This document shows positions 60,959 through 64,000 of a stretch of DNA of 64,000 nucleotides, in pieces. This DNA comes from Lama guanicoe (lineage: Eukaryota), in assembly GCA_013239625.1 (NCBI GenBank), contig MU053799.1:62001-126000 (forward strand), in the 5' to 3' direction. The notes beneath the pieces were generated by a model. That model was not told the DNA's origin, searched no databases, and was given only the letters and a program-made list of their open reading frames with translations. Position 1 is the first letter of the stretch. Each line of letters opens with the position of its first letter. The translations under genes and the position numbers were made by a program.

Positions 60959-61553
60959 GAAAAGGAAGGAAGGAAGGAAGGAAGGAAGGAAGGAAGGAAG
61001 AAAGAAAGAAAGGAAGGAAGGAAGGAAGGAAGGAAGGAAGAAAGAAAGAAAGAAAGAAAGAGAGAAANNNNNNNNNNNNNNNNNNNNNNNNNNNNNNNNN
61101 NNNNNNNNNNNNNNNNNNNNNNNNNNNNNNNNNNNNNNNNNNNNNNNNNNNNNNNNNNNNNNNNNNNNNNNNNNNNNNNNNNNNNNNNNNNNNNNNNNNN
61201 NNNNNNNNNNNNNNNNNNNNNNNNNNNNNNNNNNNNNNNNNNNNNNNNNNNNNNNNNNNNNNNNNNNNNNNNNNNNNNNNNNNNNNNNNNNNNNNNNNNN
61301 NNNNNNNNNNNNNNNNNNNNNNNNNNNNNNNNNNNNNNNNNNNNNNNNNNNNNNNNNNNNNNNNNNNNNNNNNNNNNNNNNNNNNNNNNNNNNNNNNNNN
61401 NNNNNNNNNNNNNNNNNNNNNNNNNNNNNNNNNNNNNNNNNNNNNNNNNNNNNNNNNNNNNNNNNNNNNNNNNNNNNNNNNNNNNNNNNNNNNNNNNNNN
61501 NNNNNNNNNNNNNNNNNNNNNNNAAGGAAGGAAGGAAGGAAGGAAGGAAGGAA

Positions 61554-61598
<45 letters not shown>

Positions 61599-61652
61599 GT
61601 AGGAAGGAAGGAAGGAAGGAAGGGAGAAAAAAGAAAGAAAGAAAGAAAGAAA

Positions 61653-61693
<41 letters not shown>

Positions 61694-61748
61694 GTAAGAA
61701 GGAAGGAAGGAAGGAAGGAAGAGAGAGAGAAAGAAAGGAAGGAAGAAA
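60959..61748. repeat. Compound (GGAA)n/(GAAA)n microsatellite spanning an assembly gap (N 61068-61523)
   Basis: Near-pure purine tetranucleotide arrays on both sides of 456 Ns. Confidence 0.95.
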
Positions 61749-61749
61749 A

Positions 61750-62200
61750 ACCAAACATACAGGAAGAAATAAAAAAATAACCTGTACCCAGCAAGGAAAA
61801 TTCACAAGACCTGAATACTACCAAAAATATCCTATAAAGAATCAGGAGAACAAGAGCCATAATAAGTAGAAAAATTAATTAATTGAAGCTTGCCCTGGAA
61901 TTGCCCAGACAGACAAGCAGACAAAAGCAACGTTTATAACTTTATTCCAATTTTTTCTTGAGGTCAAGGAAAGATTGAACCTGGTAAGTGGAGACATGAA
62001 ACATTGAAAAATAATGCAATGCAAATTGCTACAAATGAAACCCACAGCAACTAAGATCAAAATACACTGGGTCAGACTGACAGCACTTAGACGTTGGAAA
62101 AGAAAAGATGAGTGAACTTGATGACATAGCAATCGAACCTAAACTCTTCAAATCCAAACACACAGAAAGTATGACCCCAAAAATGACCAGGGACATCACC
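61750..62200 (+). mobile_element. Old LINE-1 ORF1-like fragment
   Basis: GAAAAGATGAGTGAACTTGATGACATAGCAATCGAA resembles the L1 ORF1 coiled-coil region. Confidence 0.55.
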
Positions 62201-62739
62201 GTGTCTCTAACAAACCACTCATGCAGCCTGGGAGAATGTCTATTGTTAACCTGCTTCCCACAGCCTTCACAGGTCTGGAATCTGATTGAAGCTCGGTTGC
62301 TGAGGGCAGGACAGGCAAATTCCAAGACTCAGGTGGACTGAGAAAGACCTAGGAGGCAAGCAGGAGGAACTGAGAGTTTCCGCGGGGACAGAGACCCGAG
62401 CTCCTGGGGCGACTGGGCACTCGGAATTGGGGTGGGGACCCAGCTCACTCCAGCATGAACCCAGCTTAACTAATTACATCTGAACTGGCTCCAGTTTTGA
62501 ATAAGGTCCCACTCTCAGGCACTGCCGGTTAGGACTTCAGCTGGTGAGTGTGAGGGGTCCCACATACCTGTGTGCACTTTGGGGTGGCCAGAAATTTTTG
62601 TCAGTGTCAAATGTCACAACCCCAAAACTTTGTTCCTTCGTCACATTCCTACTCCTGTTCCAACGCCTGTGCTGTGTAGTAAGTATCTGGATAAGGAATA
62701 AGGATGTTAACAGTTATAAGAGGAGTGAACAGTCGTGAG

Positions 62740-62950
62740 AGCTTAATACTTGTCAAGCACCATCAAAGTTCTTCCTATCTATTACCTTGTTGAATCACAA
62801 ATAATCTGTGGGAAAGCACTCCCCTGACAACCCAGGTCACGGATGGGGAAACTGAGGCATGAAGGGCTGAGCAGCTTGGTCCAAGTCAGAACGAGAATGT
62901 GGCAACCCGGCAGCACACCAAGTTCTCTCCAGCCCAGAACCCCTGGTCTT
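62740..62950 (-). mobile_element. MIR SINE fragment
   Basis: MIR core GATGGGGAAACTGAGGCA...CCAAGTCA. Confidence 0.6.
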
Positions 62951-63064
62951 CAGCACCTTCCTGTGGCCTCCCACTGTGCTTTCAGCTAAGACATGACATT
63001 TGCTAATGTGCAGGAAAGCCCTCTGTCTTATTTCAAACACAAGTGATGATATTGTGACTTTGCG

Positions 63065-63380
63065 GTGCTGCCCTGTTCAATAGAAACAAAATTTGAAGCC
63101 CATCTGTCATTTAAAGCTTTTTTCAATAGACTCTTTAAAAAAAATTAAGAGATGTAGATGCAATTAGTTTGCATGATAGCTTTGCCTTAACTCTATTTGT
63201 CAAAAATATCATTTCAATATGAATTAAATGTACAAATATTGAAACATTCTACACTACACTGTCCTAAATCTTTGGCACCTGCTGGGTATTCCAGATCTAC
63301 AGCCTATCTCTTCTGGGTCCACCCGCACTGCATGATCAGCAGCCACCTTGATTGTGGCCACCATATTGGACAGAGCAGGT
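63065..63380. mobile_element. MER33/MER3-like hAT-Charlie element
   Basis: Inverted ends GCTGCCCTGTTCAATA ... TATTGGACAGAGCAG. Confidence 0.6.
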
Positions 63381-63638
63381 GAGCTGGATGAGGTTTCCTT
63401 GGGGTAACTGGGCCTGCAACATATAGTCCCCACCACCAGGAGGCGACAGAGAGTCCCAAACACAAAGGCCTCATTGGGGAGAGACTGCTGCTCCACTTTC
63501 CATCCAAGTCAGTGTCACTGAGGCCACCCAGAAATGAAGGGATTTATGTGTCCACAAGGCTTCCTTCTGTAAGATAAGGTAATAAATGCAATCTGACAGA
63601 TCAAGCTGAGCCATCAAGCACAGCTTTATTATAATGCA

Positions 63639-63662
63639 NNNNNNNNNNNNNNNNNNNNNNNN
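63639..63662. other. Assembly gap (24 N)
   Basis: Run of N. Confidence 0.99.
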
Positions 63663-64000
63663 TACATTTTTAATATTGCTACAAGCTTCCCTCTCAGGGG
63701 GAAGATGGCTTCCAAAAACCCCACGACAAGTTACAGTGTGTGCAGAGATCTAGAAGCCAAAGTGGACCATAAGGAATATTTTATTGATGTAGGATACAGA
63801 AGAGAGGGTTGGGACAGGAGGGGCTCAGGGGCCTGAAATGGGGGAGGCAGGAAGTTTGGGGTGGCAGGGCAAGGAGGGTAATGAAAGGTCCGGCTCTGAA
63901 GTCAGTCCCCTGGGTGGAATCTTGATCCACTCATCGCTGTCGGGGGACCCTGGGAACATGGTTGAACCTCCCAATGCAGGTTCCTCCTCATTAGACTGGG

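Noticed and set aside
60813..61860. 250-330 aa ORFs
   Set aside because: Artefacts of the tetranucleotide repeat plus the N-gap.
1..64000. CRISPR array, prokaryotic defence system or other wholly new gene system
   Set aside because: The sequence is mammalian with spliceosomal introns. All long ORFs are explained by ZNF280A, PRAME, IGLV segments or repeats, and no regularly spaced repeat-spacer array is visible.

Overview
Mammalian genomic DNA, most likely a camelid judging by four Vic-1-like tRNA-derived SINEs (family name is inference). The window covers the point where non-Ig genes sit inside the immunoglobulin lambda light-chain (IGL) variable region. On the minus strand are a CpG-island promoter and first exon (probably ZNF280B, by synteny), an intact ZNF280A (one coding exon, 552 aa) and an intact PRAME (3 coding exons, 492 aa from the first in-frame ATG, plus upstream exons). 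On the plus strand from 28 kb are nine IGLV segments, each with an octamer-type promoter, leader, intron, V exon and 23-bp-spacer RSS. Two are IGLV2-like pseudogenes sharing one stop codon, six are open IGLV3-like genes, and one is an IGLV3-like gene broken by an L1 insertion. The IGLV3 array is built from a ~8.5 kb duplication containing a nested, exact 2,363 bp tandem duplication. The rest is transposon debris, microsatellites and two N-gaps. I found no convincing new biological system. The best leads are the co-oriented CTCF-like motifs, patchwork identity suggesting gene conversion, a GTG at the position of the human PRAME start codon, and a probable L1 3' transduction inside a V exon. Gene and repeat names come from recall, not from a database search.
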